This document shows positions 1 through 11,400 of a stretch of 36,756 nucleotides of DNA, one piece after another. Origin of the DNA: Stramenopiles sp. TOSAG23-2. Its lineage: Eukaryota. The stretch's first letter is position 1. The number at the start of each line of letters is the position of its first letter. The DNA lies in the NCBI GenBank assembly GCA_900128395.1, contig LT649334.1:1-36756 (forward strand), read 5' to 3'. Made by a program: the position numbers and the translations under genes. The notes below the pieces were generated by a model. That model was not told where the DNA came from. It did no database searches and was given only the letters and a program-made list of their open reading frames with translations.

Positions 1-52
1 GTTTTATGAAAATTTATTACTGGAGGAAAGAGGTTGTGGAAATATCATCTAA
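1..52 (+). CDS. Possible 3' end of a gene entering from the left edge (...FYENLLLEERGCGNII*)
   Basis: Frame 2 is open from the edge to TAA at 50-52 and is purine-rich; composition drops to AT-rich UTR-like sequence afterwards. Too short to identify. Confidence 0.35.
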   Translation, partial: FYENLLLEERGCGNII

Positions 53-513
53 CATCTTATTGAATAATACGAATACAACGATCACAAATGCAACAAATAT
101 AACGAATAGTTCTGTATAACACTTTAATTATCTTAAAAATATACATTTTATGTATCATATATTAATATATATATATATCATATGATATTGTATTCGAGCT
201 TCGTATACTAATATATATAATTTAATTTTACGTTTATATATCATATTATATGATATATACGAACGTTCGTATATGATATATATGATGTACACCGAATGCG
301 CCCGGAAGGAAAGAAACCTACTCAGGATTGACTCCATTTCTGGGATTGATTTATTACACCGGGAAGTAAAATTATTACGAGGAACGGTTCGTATATTTGC
401 GCGTTCGTAGATTTTAAACATCATTATCTAGCGCGTATTATATATTTTAAAATATTTAAAATTATATTATAAAGTATATTTTTATTAATAGTAAAATAAT
501 AATGTGCTGACGC

Positions 514-3500
514 TTACAATACAATGCCATCTTTTAAATCATAATCTGCTGGTTTTACTTTCAACCATTCTGCTAAAGCCTTTTTCAGACCATTTGTTGT
601 TAACGTAAAGGCTTTAACAAGGTTTTCCAGTTTTTGTCTATCATTTAACGATTCGATTAATATATCTAAGCCTCTTGGTACCTCAATTAACTCACAAGGT
701 AACTCATACACGCCACTTGTAATCATTAATCTTTCCGCTGTCTTTTTGGCTTTACTAATCCCTTTAATATAGACTTGTCTAAACCTTTTTTTCAGCTTTA
801 TAATCTGTTTTCTATCTTCGTTTAATGGTTCTGGTCTTATAGCGTTTAACACTTTTTGATCTGTATAACGTGGATTATCTGAATATGGCATTTTGTCGAT
901 AAAGCCAGGCAGAACATATGTTGGCAAGTTCATCAATGAATGTTTAGTGTACTTATGAATGTATATGATGTGTTCTGTTTCTGGATCAACCACTTTGTCA
1001 TAATTTCGTAGAATGTACTGTTGTAAAATAAATTGTCTACCACCACGTAGCCAAAAGGCCCCTTGTATTTTTAAGGCTGCTGCTGAAACTTTCATTGTCT
1101 GCTTTAAAGGCATTTTACTACGTCTATACTTTCTTCTTAATGTTGCCATACGATACCAAGATTGTAACGTTAGCACTGCATTATCTTCTTGAATTTTTTT
1201 TCGACGAGAGGGACTCCATCGATCTAATATTTTGTTTACGCGAGTTTTCACTGGACTTATATAAGCATTATCAATGTCGTTTGTTAACGCCTTTGCAACA
1301 TGTTTATAGTATTTCGTTTTAATTTCAATTTCAGTCTCACGTGGATAATTAACATAATGTAAAAAATCGTCAAATTCGATTTCAGATTTTCCATATAGGC
1401 GCTCAAGTTGAAGGGGAATAAGTCCCCAGTCGACACTAACTCGACCACACAACTCAATTGCTTTGGCAAGTCTTTGTGCACTGACAAAGTATCTAGTTTT
1501 TCCTTTTATAACTTTCTTTTCCGCACTTTGCATGAATGCGTCTCTATACAGCATAAAGTCAGCACGAGTATATTTACGATGATCAATGCCTTCCATTTCA
1601 AATGGTTCCCGTTTAAAGATAGTGTTTTTGTCATGTTGTTCCATAATATAATCAACTGATTTTTGACAATCTTTAATCATGGATTGTACATCAACAATAT
1701 CTGTAAGCATTGATAGTGATAAGTCTGTTTTTGGGCACAGGGTAAATGTTGGCTTATCTTCCTGTTCATCATTGTTGTCTTCCACAGCTTCTTGGTCCTT
1801 GCTTCCCTCCTCAGTCGTTTCCCCGGTACCTTTTTGATCATCAACTTCATTTTTGCGATGAAAAAGAGGATCAAGCATGTTGTACGCTTGATTTAATTTA
1901 GAAATTACCTCTTCACACTTTTCCGAAATTTCATGTATATCTTGCCAATCAGCATGTGCCACCAAGATATTGATATTTTTTAAAACACTCTGGATCGCAA
2001 CACCTTCAAAAGATAATAAAAAACGAGGAGCGTATGTTCGTATATCCTCGGCAAGTTGTGACGTAACTTTTTCAAGTTCTTCAAATTTAAAATGGATATT
2101 TTCCCACTCATGTTGCACTGTGCGCTGCCTCACTTTTCTTAAAATTGTTTTCCGTCTTATCTCACTCCATATCTTGACCGCTTTTTTGACCTTCGTCTTT
2201 TTTTCCCCCATTCGTTTAGCATATAACATCTCACGACGTTCTTTTAATGGCATAAAAATGTTTTCAAACGTTAGATCTTCCAAATCATCAAAACGAAAAT
2301 CGTAACTGTCCATACTATCAGCATCGTCCTGAGATTCATCTTCAGATGCTGTTTCAAATGCTGCCGAATCATCAGCTAAAACAGAACCTTCACTTTCAGC
2401 ATGAGAGGAGGATGAAGTTGTGCTTAGCTCATCATCGTCTTTTAAAGCTTTTCTGGCTTCTTCTCTTATTTTTCTCTCTATTTCTTTTTTCTCTAAGTAT
2501 ACCAAATGTTCCCTGTATTTATCTTTTTTACGTTCATGATGCCAAGTTTTGATTTGTTTATGATTATTCGAATATGTATACCACCAATAATTTGGAGAAC
2601 TTTCCATGACTTTAAGTTGCTCTAGCTTAAACGACAAAATAAATTTCTCACATTTGTTAATCTCATCCTTCATTTCCCTTTCAGCGTCATCCAACCTGTC
2701 ATTGGTGCTATTCATTACGACAATCGCTTTTTCCATCTTTCGTTTTCGGGCTTTGTATCCCTCAAGTTCACTTAGACACCATTTCAAATAGGCATTACCA
2801 AGATGATATATCATCGTCGATATTTGCACTAAATAATTGTGCACTTGGCGATTAATAGATTTTGCATTACTTTCAATTAAATTTATTTGCCATTTCAGCT
2901 CACTAATTTTTCTAGAAATAATGTCACATTGCCCTAATTGACGCGTCAATCCAAATGCAAACAATTGCTTTTCCAATATCACCATTGAATTCATCACTCC
3001 ATTTCGTTTTATTTCAGAATCACTAATTCTAGAGTTGCATTCAGACATATAAGCATCAAGATGTTGTATGAAAAGCTTTAGAATGTATTCCCATTCTTTT
3101 TGCGCATCTCTTATCAGCGCAATTTTCTCAATTTCTTTTTTAGCATAGCTAACATCGGACTCCATATCGAGACATGCACCACGCACAGTTTCTAACTGAT
3201 TTTTGCAAAGTCCTACCTCTTTCTCTTTTACTTCAACAATTGCTTCGTGATACTTGAACGTAGCCAAATCAACTTTATCTGGTCTGTATTCTTCTCCTAC
3301 GATAAATATTTGTTTCTTCCGTAATACCCCAAGTTCAAAATCTAAATTTGGCTGGCTTTCTTTCTCTCTTTGGTCCCAATATTTTACATTCTTTTCCTGC
3401 TCAAATTGCTGTTTATTTACCTGGACGACAACATCATGACAAATATGTTCTTGTATTTCACTTGCTTGCATTATAGTATTCATCTTACCTAATGATCGTA

Positions 3501-6500
3501 GCAATGTTGATATATCTCTCCACTTAGTATTCAAGGTTTGTGTGTCAACTATGTCATCATATGCTTTTCTTAGACAGAATCTTTCATTATCATCTTCTGA
3601 TTGTAACGATGTTTTCCATATATCCTGGATGCATTTCGTAAAAACTGGTAAAAGTATCTTAAAATGTTCTTCACATTCGTAAAACGATTTAAATTCCTTT
3701 GTTCGAAATTCAGAGCATAACACAGGAAACGCAACAAGATTTTCCAAAATGGCGCTATTATTGCTATGCTCGACTATAATCTTGCTACTGCCGTACATTT
3801 CATCTTCAAAAGCGCGTAACATTATACGGCCAACCCCCGTGCCCGACTCACTAAATACCTCTTTCATAGATTCCTCTATAACATCAGTAAAATTATTAGT
3901 TGATTTTTGAAATCCTTGGTACCAATCCTGCCTTAATATTTCAACTGATTCTAAAAGTGCGGGAAGAAGTGACGTAATAGAATGTTTTTTCTCACACGAG
4001 CTTATAAACGTAGCATGTACCAGAGAAGTTACGTTTATTTGTGGTAGCATGGAAGGAATTTCATTTTCTCCTGACATCGATCCTCTAAATGTTTGAAACC
4101 AATAAGCTAATTGTGTATTTACCTCCTCAACTTTCGTATTATCTTCACTTAAAATGTCGTTGCAATACTGAATAAATTGTAATAACAGTGTCCACTGAAT
4201 AAATTTGGATGCCTTGATACGGAAATGAATTTTGCCATTTGTGTCATTTCTTAAACTTATCTTCGAAGATTGTAGATATCTTTGTAACATTGGTAACATA
4301 ATTTGTGGTGTCATATTTTGCAGAAGATTTGTTGAAAAATCTGAGCTTGTGTTGTGCCCTATCAGCCTGAAAAAAGAACTTGTTCCAATATTTGTCTCCA
4401 TACTACATAATTCATCCGGATTGTTTAAAATTTGCTCTACTATTTCTGTTCTGAATATCGTTGATTTTTGTAGTTCCTCTTTTAATAAATCCATGTAGCT
4501 ATTGATTTTCTGCGTTCCTATCGACGATAATAAAATTGAAAGCATGCGCTTGTAACAAGCTATATTGTATGCCCCTGTATTTGATATATCATTGTGCACA
4601 TTTGAGAGAAAAGATTTTTTGATCATATCATAACCAGTTTTCACCTTACTGATTGTGTTTTGAAATTCTTTTATATCACTTCGTATCGGATTGCATAGAA
4701 CAATATCCTTATCGTCTACTTCAAGTTCATCTTGATTTCTATTTATAAAAAAAATGGAAAGATGATTGTCGTATAAGTTAGCCATATATTTCTGAAATGA
4801 AATGGGTAATCGTACAGCATGAGTCAATTTAGAATAACCATACAAATATTTGCTTTTATTTTCACCTGATCCGTCTTCAAAAATTAATTGAGACATTGTT
4901 CGGGTTGGAACAGGATGACATAAAACATATGCAAGCTTCTTTACAAAAACATCAGGTGACAATGCACATCTATTTAAACGAGGATCAAGGAAAACCAAAA
5001 TTAACAAATTGTGCCATGGAATGCTAAATTCAATATCCCATGATTTTTTATGCCCTTCACTTAAATCAACTGCTTTTATCGCTAGTCCTAAAAAGCATGA
5101 GGAAATATTTATCAATACTAATGTACCATCCTCACATGTCATATTGCTTTGATAAATCGTGGTGCTATTATCTTGATCGGGCCACAACAAGACTTTTTCG
5201 TATTCTTCTTTAATCCAACGCGCATGATTGGTAACAGCCAAATGTCGGCGTGTAAATTTTTGTATTATTGTGGATGCAGTGCGAATTTTTGCCATATGGC
5301 TATTTGCATTTGCCGAAAAAACAAGCCCACGCCACCACTGTTGTAAACATATAGCAGCTGAAATTTTCGCCAAATACTTAGGCCACACTAGAAACCTCCG
5401 GCTATTTTTCTGTACCAGGATCAACATTCTAAAATAATGTTGTTGAACTCGCAATGCTTTTTTGGCCAACATAATTCTAATTCGCATTTGCAACATTAAA
5501 GTCGATCCTTTCTGTTTCTTATAATTTTCACGATATTGGCGCCTTCGTGCTGCAGCTGCTATAATTGTCACCGCGTTTCGTTGATTTCTATATTCACCTA
5601 AAGCTACATTTCGTCTATAAAAAGCTTGCACTTTACAGATACCTCTCAATATGTCGGCATAAATCTTCCGTTGGTGATGACAACGATACCATTTGCTAAT
5701 ATATGTAACAGAACGTCTTTTGCGTTGAAAAAGATATGGTAATGTTCCAGCACGCCACCATCCTTGAATTGCTAGAGCTGCTTTCCTATAAAGTTTCCAT
5801 TTGATTTGAAAAGTACGATATGGTTTTACACTGCGATACAGCGCTTGGGCACGTATAATACGATAACGAATGTATTGATATTGAATCTTACATACAATTC
5901 CTCGCCACCATGCCGCTACTCTTATCTCCGCTGCTTTTAATTTTTTGAAACGCATGCGAAAAATTTTCATCTTAAGCCATCTAATGGCTATACGCGCTCG
6001 AACTAATACTATTGTACCTGTCAATAACGTATTTTCTACAATATCTTCAATAAATTCTAGTGCATCCTTTCGCAAAATTGCAAGCTTAACGTATGCTTGT
6101 CGACGGCGTTCGTATTTTTCAATGGTTCTAGCTCGGTTATGCCGTAGTCTCCAATACAAACTAACCATAGTACGATACCATCCTTGAATGGCAGCCGCAT
6201 TTCTCCTGACTTGTAAAATTGCTTCTCGGAAGGTTTTACGATGTACATATCCTCTATAAGTTGTTTGTATTAAGCGAACCATGTTTTCAGTACGATGGGG
6301 CGCAAAAGCCATTAGCCGCTGTAAATGATCGCTGTACTTATCATATGGAGATTCCATCTCTTTCTTTTTTCGTTTTCGCAATCGCATTTGGTGTAATTTT
6401 AATGGATTTTCTTCATAATATTTTCGCACACGATTGATATTTTTCTGTTGTAATTTACGTTTAACAAATCTTGATTTGGGTCCTTTAGAAAATTTTGTTG

Positions 6501-7554
6501 TATATCGAGCTCGCGTAATCATACCTCTGATATATGATTGTATAATTTGCGCACTTCTATGTTTGAGAGTTGTCAATTGAACACCAATAACTTGCCCACG
6601 AAGGACATCTTGCCCAACAGCGTATCCATATGAATGTAATAAGTCTTTTACGTTACTTTTGTTATTTACTTTGATTTTTTCTATTGTTCCTATTTCTTCT
6701 TGCCAAATTTCTATATTTTCCATTACTGGCTGCGCTGGAGACAATTTTGCTGGCCTCTCATATTTACTATACGTAGGAATATCTGTGTCAGATGTTGGCC
6801 TTTTCAAAAAATTCCGGACCGCGTCTAAGTCACCTTCAGTTGCTGCTGCTATTAAACTTTGCAGTCGTATCGTTTCTTGATCTGGCGGTGGTTTTTTTAG
6901 CTCTTTAAACACCGTTTCTTTCCTCTCTTTTCTCGCTTCTCTTTCTTGAAACAAATTCCTTCGTTCTACTTTACATACTTCTAGTATCATGAAACGCATT
7001 GCTTCCGTCCATGTTTGAGTAATTTTTTTATCAGGTGTGGCCAGAGTATACGTTTGATTCCATCTATCCTTAATTTGCCAAGATATAAAACCTTTCGGAT
7101 CTTTAGAGCTTTTTCCAATTAACCTGATATTTGAATCTTTCAATTCTATCATTTCTACTGCCCTTTTTGACGTTTCCGAAATATAGCAAGCCAACATTGC
7201 TATTGTGGGATCGACTCGAATAAACACTTTAGACCAAGAATTTTTTGCACTTTGCGCTTTTGCAACTGCACTATTAGTTGTAGTGATCATATCAATATCA
7301 AATTTTCCACGTACCCCTTTAATGAAGACATAACCACATATAACTTCACCACTACTTAACATTGGCACGAAAGGTTTTAACTTTGCTCGAACAGATGCTG
7401 GGTGAGGTAGACGAAGCTCTGCAAGCGTTACAGCCTGGTTACTCTGAGGAGATGCTTCAGAATTTCCATATTTATACAATTTGGGAGTGTGGTGAAAATA
7501 TTTATTTCCACTGACTTCTATACTTGCCCTACTTCTTTTCCGATTACGGGACAT
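514..7554 (-). CDS. Large PH domain + multiple IQ motif + coiled-coil protein (calmodulin-binding, probably cytoskeletal/centrosomal), 2346 aa
   Basis: Uninterrupted ORF. PH-like segment (GYVFIKG...NSWSKVFIRV...TYTLATPDKKITQTWTEAM); many IQxxxRG-like motifs (IQSYIRG, IQTTYRG, IQGWYR, IQGWWR, LQQWWRG, LQSWYR); long helical region; acidic tract; EF-hand-like (EIEFDDFLHYV) and WW-like (YDKVVDPETEHIIYIH) segments near the C-terminus. Confidence 0.85.
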   Translation of the reverse strand: MSRNRKRSRASIEVSGNKYFHHTPKLYKYGNSEASPQSNQAVTLAELRLPHPASVRAKLKPFVPMLSSGEVICGYVFIKGVRGKFDIDMITTTNSAVAKAQSAKNSWSKVFIRVDPTIAMLACYISETSKRAVEMIELKDSNIRLIGKSSKDPKGFISWQIKDRWNQTYTLATPDKKITQTWTEAMRFMILEVCKVERRNLFQEREARKERKETVFKELKKPPPDQETIRLQSLIAAATEGDLDAVRNFLKRPTSDTDIPTYSKYERPAKLSPAQPVMENIEIWQEEIGTIEKIKVNNKSNVKDLLHSYGYAVGQDVLRGQVIGVQLTTLKHRSAQIIQSYIRGMITRARYTTKFSKGPKSRFVKRKLQQKNINRVRKYYEENPLKLHQMRLRKRKKKEMESPYDKYSDHLQRLMAFAPHRTENMVRLIQTTYRGYVHRKTFREAILQVRRNAAAIQGWYRTMVSLYWRLRHNRARTIEKYERRRQAYVKLAILRKDALEFIEDIVENTLLTGTIVLVRARIAIRWLKMKIFRMRFKKLKAAEIRVAAWWRGIVCKIQYQYIRYRIIRAQALYRSVKPYRTFQIKWKLYRKAALAIQGWWRAGTLPYLFQRKRRSVTYISKWYRCHHQRKIYADILRGICKVQAFYRRNVALGEYRNQRNAVTIIAAAARRRQYRENYKKQKGSTLMLQMRIRIMLAKKALRVQQHYFRMLILVQKNSRRFLVWPKYLAKISAAICLQQWWRGLVFSANANSHMAKIRTASTIIQKFTRRHLAVTNHARWIKEEYEKVLLWPDQDNSTTIYQSNMTCEDGTLVLINISSCFLGLAIKAVDLSEGHKKSWDIEFSIPWHNLLILVFLDPRLNRCALSPDVFVKKLAYVLCHPVPTRTMSQLIFEDGSGENKSKYLYGYSKLTHAVRLPISFQKYMANLYDNHLSIFFINRNQDELEVDDKDIVLCNPIRSDIKEFQNTISKVKTGYDMIKKSFLSNVHNDISNTGAYNIACYKRMLSILLSSIGTQKINSYMDLLKEELQKSTIFRTEIVEQILNNPDELCSMETNIGTSSFFRLIGHNTSSDFSTNLLQNMTPQIMLPMLQRYLQSSKISLRNDTNGKIHFRIKASKFIQWTLLLQFIQYCNDILSEDNTKVEEVNTQLAYWFQTFRGSMSGENEIPSMLPQINVTSLVHATFISSCEKKHSITSLLPALLESVEILRQDWYQGFQKSTNNFTDVIEESMKEVFSESGTGVGRIMLRAFEDEMYGSSKIIVEHSNNSAILENLVAFPVLCSEFRTKEFKSFYECEEHFKILLPVFTKCIQDIWKTSLQSEDDNERFCLRKAYDDIVDTQTLNTKWRDISTLLRSLGKMNTIMQASEIQEHICHDVVVQVNKQQFEQEKNVKYWDQREKESQPNLDFELGVLRKKQIFIVGEEYRPDKVDLATFKYHEAIVEVKEKEVGLCKNQLETVRGACLDMESDVSYAKKEIEKIALIRDAQKEWEYILKLFIQHLDAYMSECNSRISDSEIKRNGVMNSMVILEKQLFAFGLTRQLGQCDIISRKISELKWQINLIESNAKSINRQVHNYLVQISTMIYHLGNAYLKWCLSELEGYKARKRKMEKAIVVMNSTNDRLDDAEREMKDEINKCEKFILSFKLEQLKVMESSPNYWWYTYSNNHKQIKTWHHERKKDKYREHLVYLEKKEIERKIREEARKALKDDDELSTTSSSSHAESEGSVLADDSAAFETASEDESQDDADSMDSYDFRFDDLEDLTFENIFMPLKERREMLYAKRMGEKKTKVKKAVKIWSEIRRKTILRKVRQRTVQHEWENIHFKFEELEKVTSQLAEDIRTYAPRFLLSFEGVAIQSVLKNINILVAHADWQDIHEISEKCEEVISKLNQAYNMLDPLFHRKNEVDDQKGTGETTEEGSKDQEAVEDNNDEQEDKPTFTLCPKTDLSLSMLTDIVDVQSMIKDCQKSVDYIMEQHDKNTIFKREPFEMEGIDHRKYTRADFMLYRDAFMQSAEKKVIKGKTRYFVSAQRLAKAIELCGRVSVDWGLIPLQLERLYGKSEIEFDDFLHYVNYPRETEIEIKTKYYKHVAKALTNDIDNAYISPVKTRVNKILDRWSPSRRKKIQEDNAVLTLQSWYRMATLRRKYRRSKMPLKQTMKVSAAALKIQGAFWLRGGRQFILQQYILRNYDKVVDPETEHIIYIHKYTKHSLMNLPTYVLPGFIDKMPYSDNPRYTDQKVLNAIRPEPLNEDRKQIIKLKKRFRQVYIKGISKAKKTAERLMITSGVYELPCELIEVPRGLDILIESLNDRQKLENLVKAFTLTTNGLKKALAEWLKVKPADYDLKDGIVL

Positions 7555-7858
7555 GGCAAACTAGTTTATTTAATTATGTAATACTTATACATTTACTAAG
7601 CTTTTTTTTTACAATTGTATTATTATTAAGTATTTTTCCACGTATATTTATCAACAAACCAAGGCAAACTGTTTAGCTATTACGGTATACATATATATAA
7701 TATATATATATATTTGTTCTCTCAATTTGCTATCACTTATTAATAACGCATTACATTCTTTTGCAAGAAGTGATAATTATTGTTTAAGTAATTGAATAAT
7801 AAATAATTGGCTAGCTAATAATAGTTAGTTGTTGGTAGTTGTTGTCATCTCTGATATT

Positions 7859-7917
7859 GAAAGCCTGGAAAGCCAGAAAGCCTGAAAAGCTGGAAAGCTG
7901 GAAAGCCAGAAAGGCTG
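7859..7917. repeat. Seven degenerate tandem 8-9 bp GAAAGC(C/T)(T/A/G) units in a divergent intergenic region
   Basis: gaaagcctg gaaagcca gaaagcctg aaaagctg gaaagctg gaaagcca gaaaggctg, read directly. Confidence 0.9.
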
Positions 7918-8247
7918 TGATATTAGTAATGTGATAATGTGATAATGCTATACTTCTATATATTAATCCTACCAATATCCTCTCTGTCAATATGAAATAG
8001 TATTAAAATACGAGGTGCTATACGCCCCCGTAAGCTGGTAAGCTGGTTAGCTTCGATAACGAGGCCTCGAACTCTGAAAAAAAATAAAAAAAAGAAAACG
8101 GATCAATAACATGTCATGGTGGTAAGGATACAGCATTGGCTACGGTAGCTATTTTAATGTACTGTATTATTAACACCTATTTTCCATCATTATTAGTACA
8201 TTAGTACTATTTATTATTCGTCTTTTCGATCGCACCTTCTCCGCTTC

Positions 8248-8268
8248 TTCCAGCTTTCCAGGCTTTCC
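8248..8268. repeat. Inverted copy of the GAAAGC repeat units
   Basis: ttccagctttccaggctttcc; reverse complement is ggaaagcctggaaagctggaa. Confidence 0.8.
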
Positions 8269-8490
8269 GTCATAGGCTCTTTATTACAGTAGCTAATACC
8301 TGTATTACTATAATAAGGACTACGACGAATAATAATTATAATAGTACTGATAAAAAAACCAAACAAAAAAACAATAATAATAATAATTAATAGAAAATTG
8401 CCTACAGTAGTAATAACAAACTTAATTCAAAGTAATTCAGATCTAGCTTGCCAGTATATCTTTCATATTGATTTATTAATAAGAGCTAAA

Positions 8491-11400
8491 ATGCGTCTTC
8501 ATTCGTCTTTATCATCAGGCGCGTATGTAAAACGAAAAGGCACTCCTTTGGGAACGTTAACGTCGAAAAAAATTGAATCATTTAACTTTAGCAGGAACAG
8601 TAACAACAGTTTTCATGACATCTCTTATAATGAAGACCAAAATTCAAGCATTAAGTTTGATCAATATAGCGCCCCTCCATCGACGTCACATTCCTATATT
8701 TCCGATAATTCAAGGTCCATATCATATTCAAGGCAAAGCGTTGAAGTCGCATCTTTGTTTGACGAAAGCCTAGAAAATTTTACCTACACCACAAGTACAT
8801 TGTTACATAGTACCATTGAATCAGCCATCTCGGAAAATAGACATATTCTCTGCAGAAGCTTCTCAAGCGGGGCTGGATGTTCAACCGCATTAGAAAATCT
8901 GATAATGGAAAGACGTGAAATAGACCCCATGCAAATTACATCTTACATGACTATCCAACATTGTAGAGAACACAAAGATTTTTTGTTTCAAGCAAGGCGA
9001 GTATTCCCATCTTTAGGGTCGGAGATTCGACGAATACAAACTATATTAGAAAGCAAAGAATTTTTAAAGGATCAGGAAATCGAAATCTTAAATGTATTAC
9101 AAAAATCATCTTTAATGATTGAAAACAATTCGTATTTGTCAAATGAAAACGGTAGAACAACAACTCAAGTGAGCAAATTAATTTCTGCCATTAGCCAACA
9201 TTTGCAAATAGTTTTTCTCATAGATGGAGTTGATTCTTTACACGATAGAGACAATGAAGGAACCAATTACGATGATGTACAAGATTTTTTAGTTTGTTTT
9301 CCGTCTAATATATGTTTGCTTTTATCAGTTCAGAGTAATTACGGATTATGTACTACATGGACACAAAATGGATATATAACGATTGATTTTCCACAAATAC
9401 AAAAGTCACAAAAGGAAAATCTATTAAAAAAATGTTTGAAGGATAAGCCGTATAATTATTTCGCAATTTGCAACGATGTATTGCTTCAAGAATTATATAA
9501 TCCATTAGAAATTAGCATAGTTGTAACACATCTTGTACGCACAATCGATATTATTTTTAAACCAAAAGACAATGAACAAAATATAGAAACGGAGGATAAA
9601 AAAGGTATTGACGTCAGTGGTGATCCAAATAATATGTACGTTGACGATAATATTATCGAGCTAGAAAATTGTATTGAATCTTGTTGCCTGTATTTGAGAA
9701 GTGTTTACTTGAGACAAGGATTGCATGGCGTTATAGAAAGTACTTTAGATCAGCTTGAGGAATTGTTTGGAAATAACGGAAATATTGTAAAACTCTTCTC
9801 CCTGCTACTTTTATCACCATCACCGGTATCACTTTCATATCTTTCTATGTTTTCAGGTATGACGACGAATTTAATTGCCAAAATAGTTAATACAAATTCG
9901 TCATTGTTAAAATGGATTGGAGAGAAAAATGAAATAGATGCTACTCCTATTGAAAATAGGGCCATTTGCTTTGCTACGTATCAAGCTTGGGAAACAATTA
10001 AATACAGATATTTTGGTGCAAGAAAAATGTTACATCAAGCTGAAGCATTATATGTAAGGGATTTTTTGCATGGAATGTCATCATTTACATACGCAACTTG
10101 TGTTTCATTTGAAAATATATACCCATCTTTTCCCACTAATACTAAATTAGCAGCTGCTGTAGGTATGCTAAATTCTGCGTGTATACAATTGCACCGCAAT
10201 TGCCCTTCGTTAGCTCTTGAAATGGTGAAAAATAGTTTAAAAATGACACGTTCAATAACAGGGGCGACAAACATACAAGCAAATGATGAAGAAAACAAAT
10301 TAAATGCATTGCAGTTAAAACAGGCATTATTAATCTTAGAAAAATTATGCGAAATAGGAACTGCTGGAATTGTACCTTTATTGACATCTAAAGTCAAAAA
10401 TACTAATAGTGGAAGTAATAACCTAATGACACGTCCATTAACACGACATAAATCAAAACTTAAACCTGTGAAAAAAGTATCGACCAATGATGCCAAAAAA
10501 GAACAGAATGGCGAAGGTGGCGGAAAAAGTACTAATTCAATGAAGGCACCCATGAAAACCCCGGAATCTCTTCTCAATAAATTACAAGAAGTTGTGAATG
10601 GTAAAACAATAGAATTGTTAGAAATTGCATTTCGTGAAGAAGGTGAAGGTGTCGCAGCACTCAATAGGAAAAACAAGGCTAAGGCGAGAAAAAGAGTCAT
10701 GCCTAGATTAACTAAAATAAAAGAAATCAACAATAGGCATGTAAGTAAACTAAAAGCTGCATCAATTCGAGAGAAAGAAACTTTTAATACATACACTTTA
10801 AGCCGCAAGCGCTTCCAAAATGCGTTGCGAAAAGTATTTGCCAAGAAAATTTTTAGCGATAGCGACATTAATGTTATTTTTGATACAATGAGTTGGAAAG
10901 CTTCAGATGCATCTGGAACGAACCCATTAATTGTTAAAACAGTATCTTGGAAAACATTTGTAGATATACTTCAGTCCGGTGCAAAAGAGAGAAATTTTCA
11001 TTTAGTGACATGGGAACGTAACGAGGAAGACAAAATTATTCAACCACGGAATTTGCTTTCAAAGCCAAAACGTTTTCGTTACATTATGGATAAAATTATT
11101 GAAATTCCAAATAGTAACATGATCTTACGCTTAGCTAAAAATGGCTTACTATCAGTATATAAGAAAGATTCAAATTCTTTTTTGAAGCACATTTCTCTAA
11201 TGGATAAGGATCTAATCGCAACGGATATGTGTTATATTGAAAGTAGTAAAGTTTGTGCTGTAACCGTGCGTAGAAACGAGCCTCCAGCATTTTCTGCTGT
11301 ATATTTTTATGAACCATTGGCGGAATGGCTATTATCAGATATAAAAATTAATTTCAAAGGCTTAGACAGCCCACCAACAGCAATAAGTTCGTATTATGGC

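Noticed and set aside
155-424. Short intergenic ORFs (also 14066-14263, 19364-19609, 20341-20598, 29882-30100, 34616-34837, 36335-36565)
   Set aside because: Mostly Ile/Tyr/Phe-rich translations of AT-rich or TA-repeat DNA with no recognisable motifs.
7859-7917. CRISPR array or telomeric repeat
   Set aside because: Units are 8-9 bp, degenerate, without spacers, and there are no cas genes; the tract is internal and unlike a telomere repeat.
8398-8490. N-terminal extensions from non-ATG starts in the ORF track (also 17842, 20773, 29705, 35856)
   Set aside because: Eukaryotic context; the extensions mostly run through AT-rich leader sequence, and downstream ATGs place the RING or signal peptide at the N-terminus.
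10035-10868. 277-aa antisense ORF
   Set aside because: Lies wholly opposite a Lys/Glu/Asn-rich part of the WD40 gene; its Leu/Phe/Ser-rich translation is the expected antisense shadow and has no motifs.
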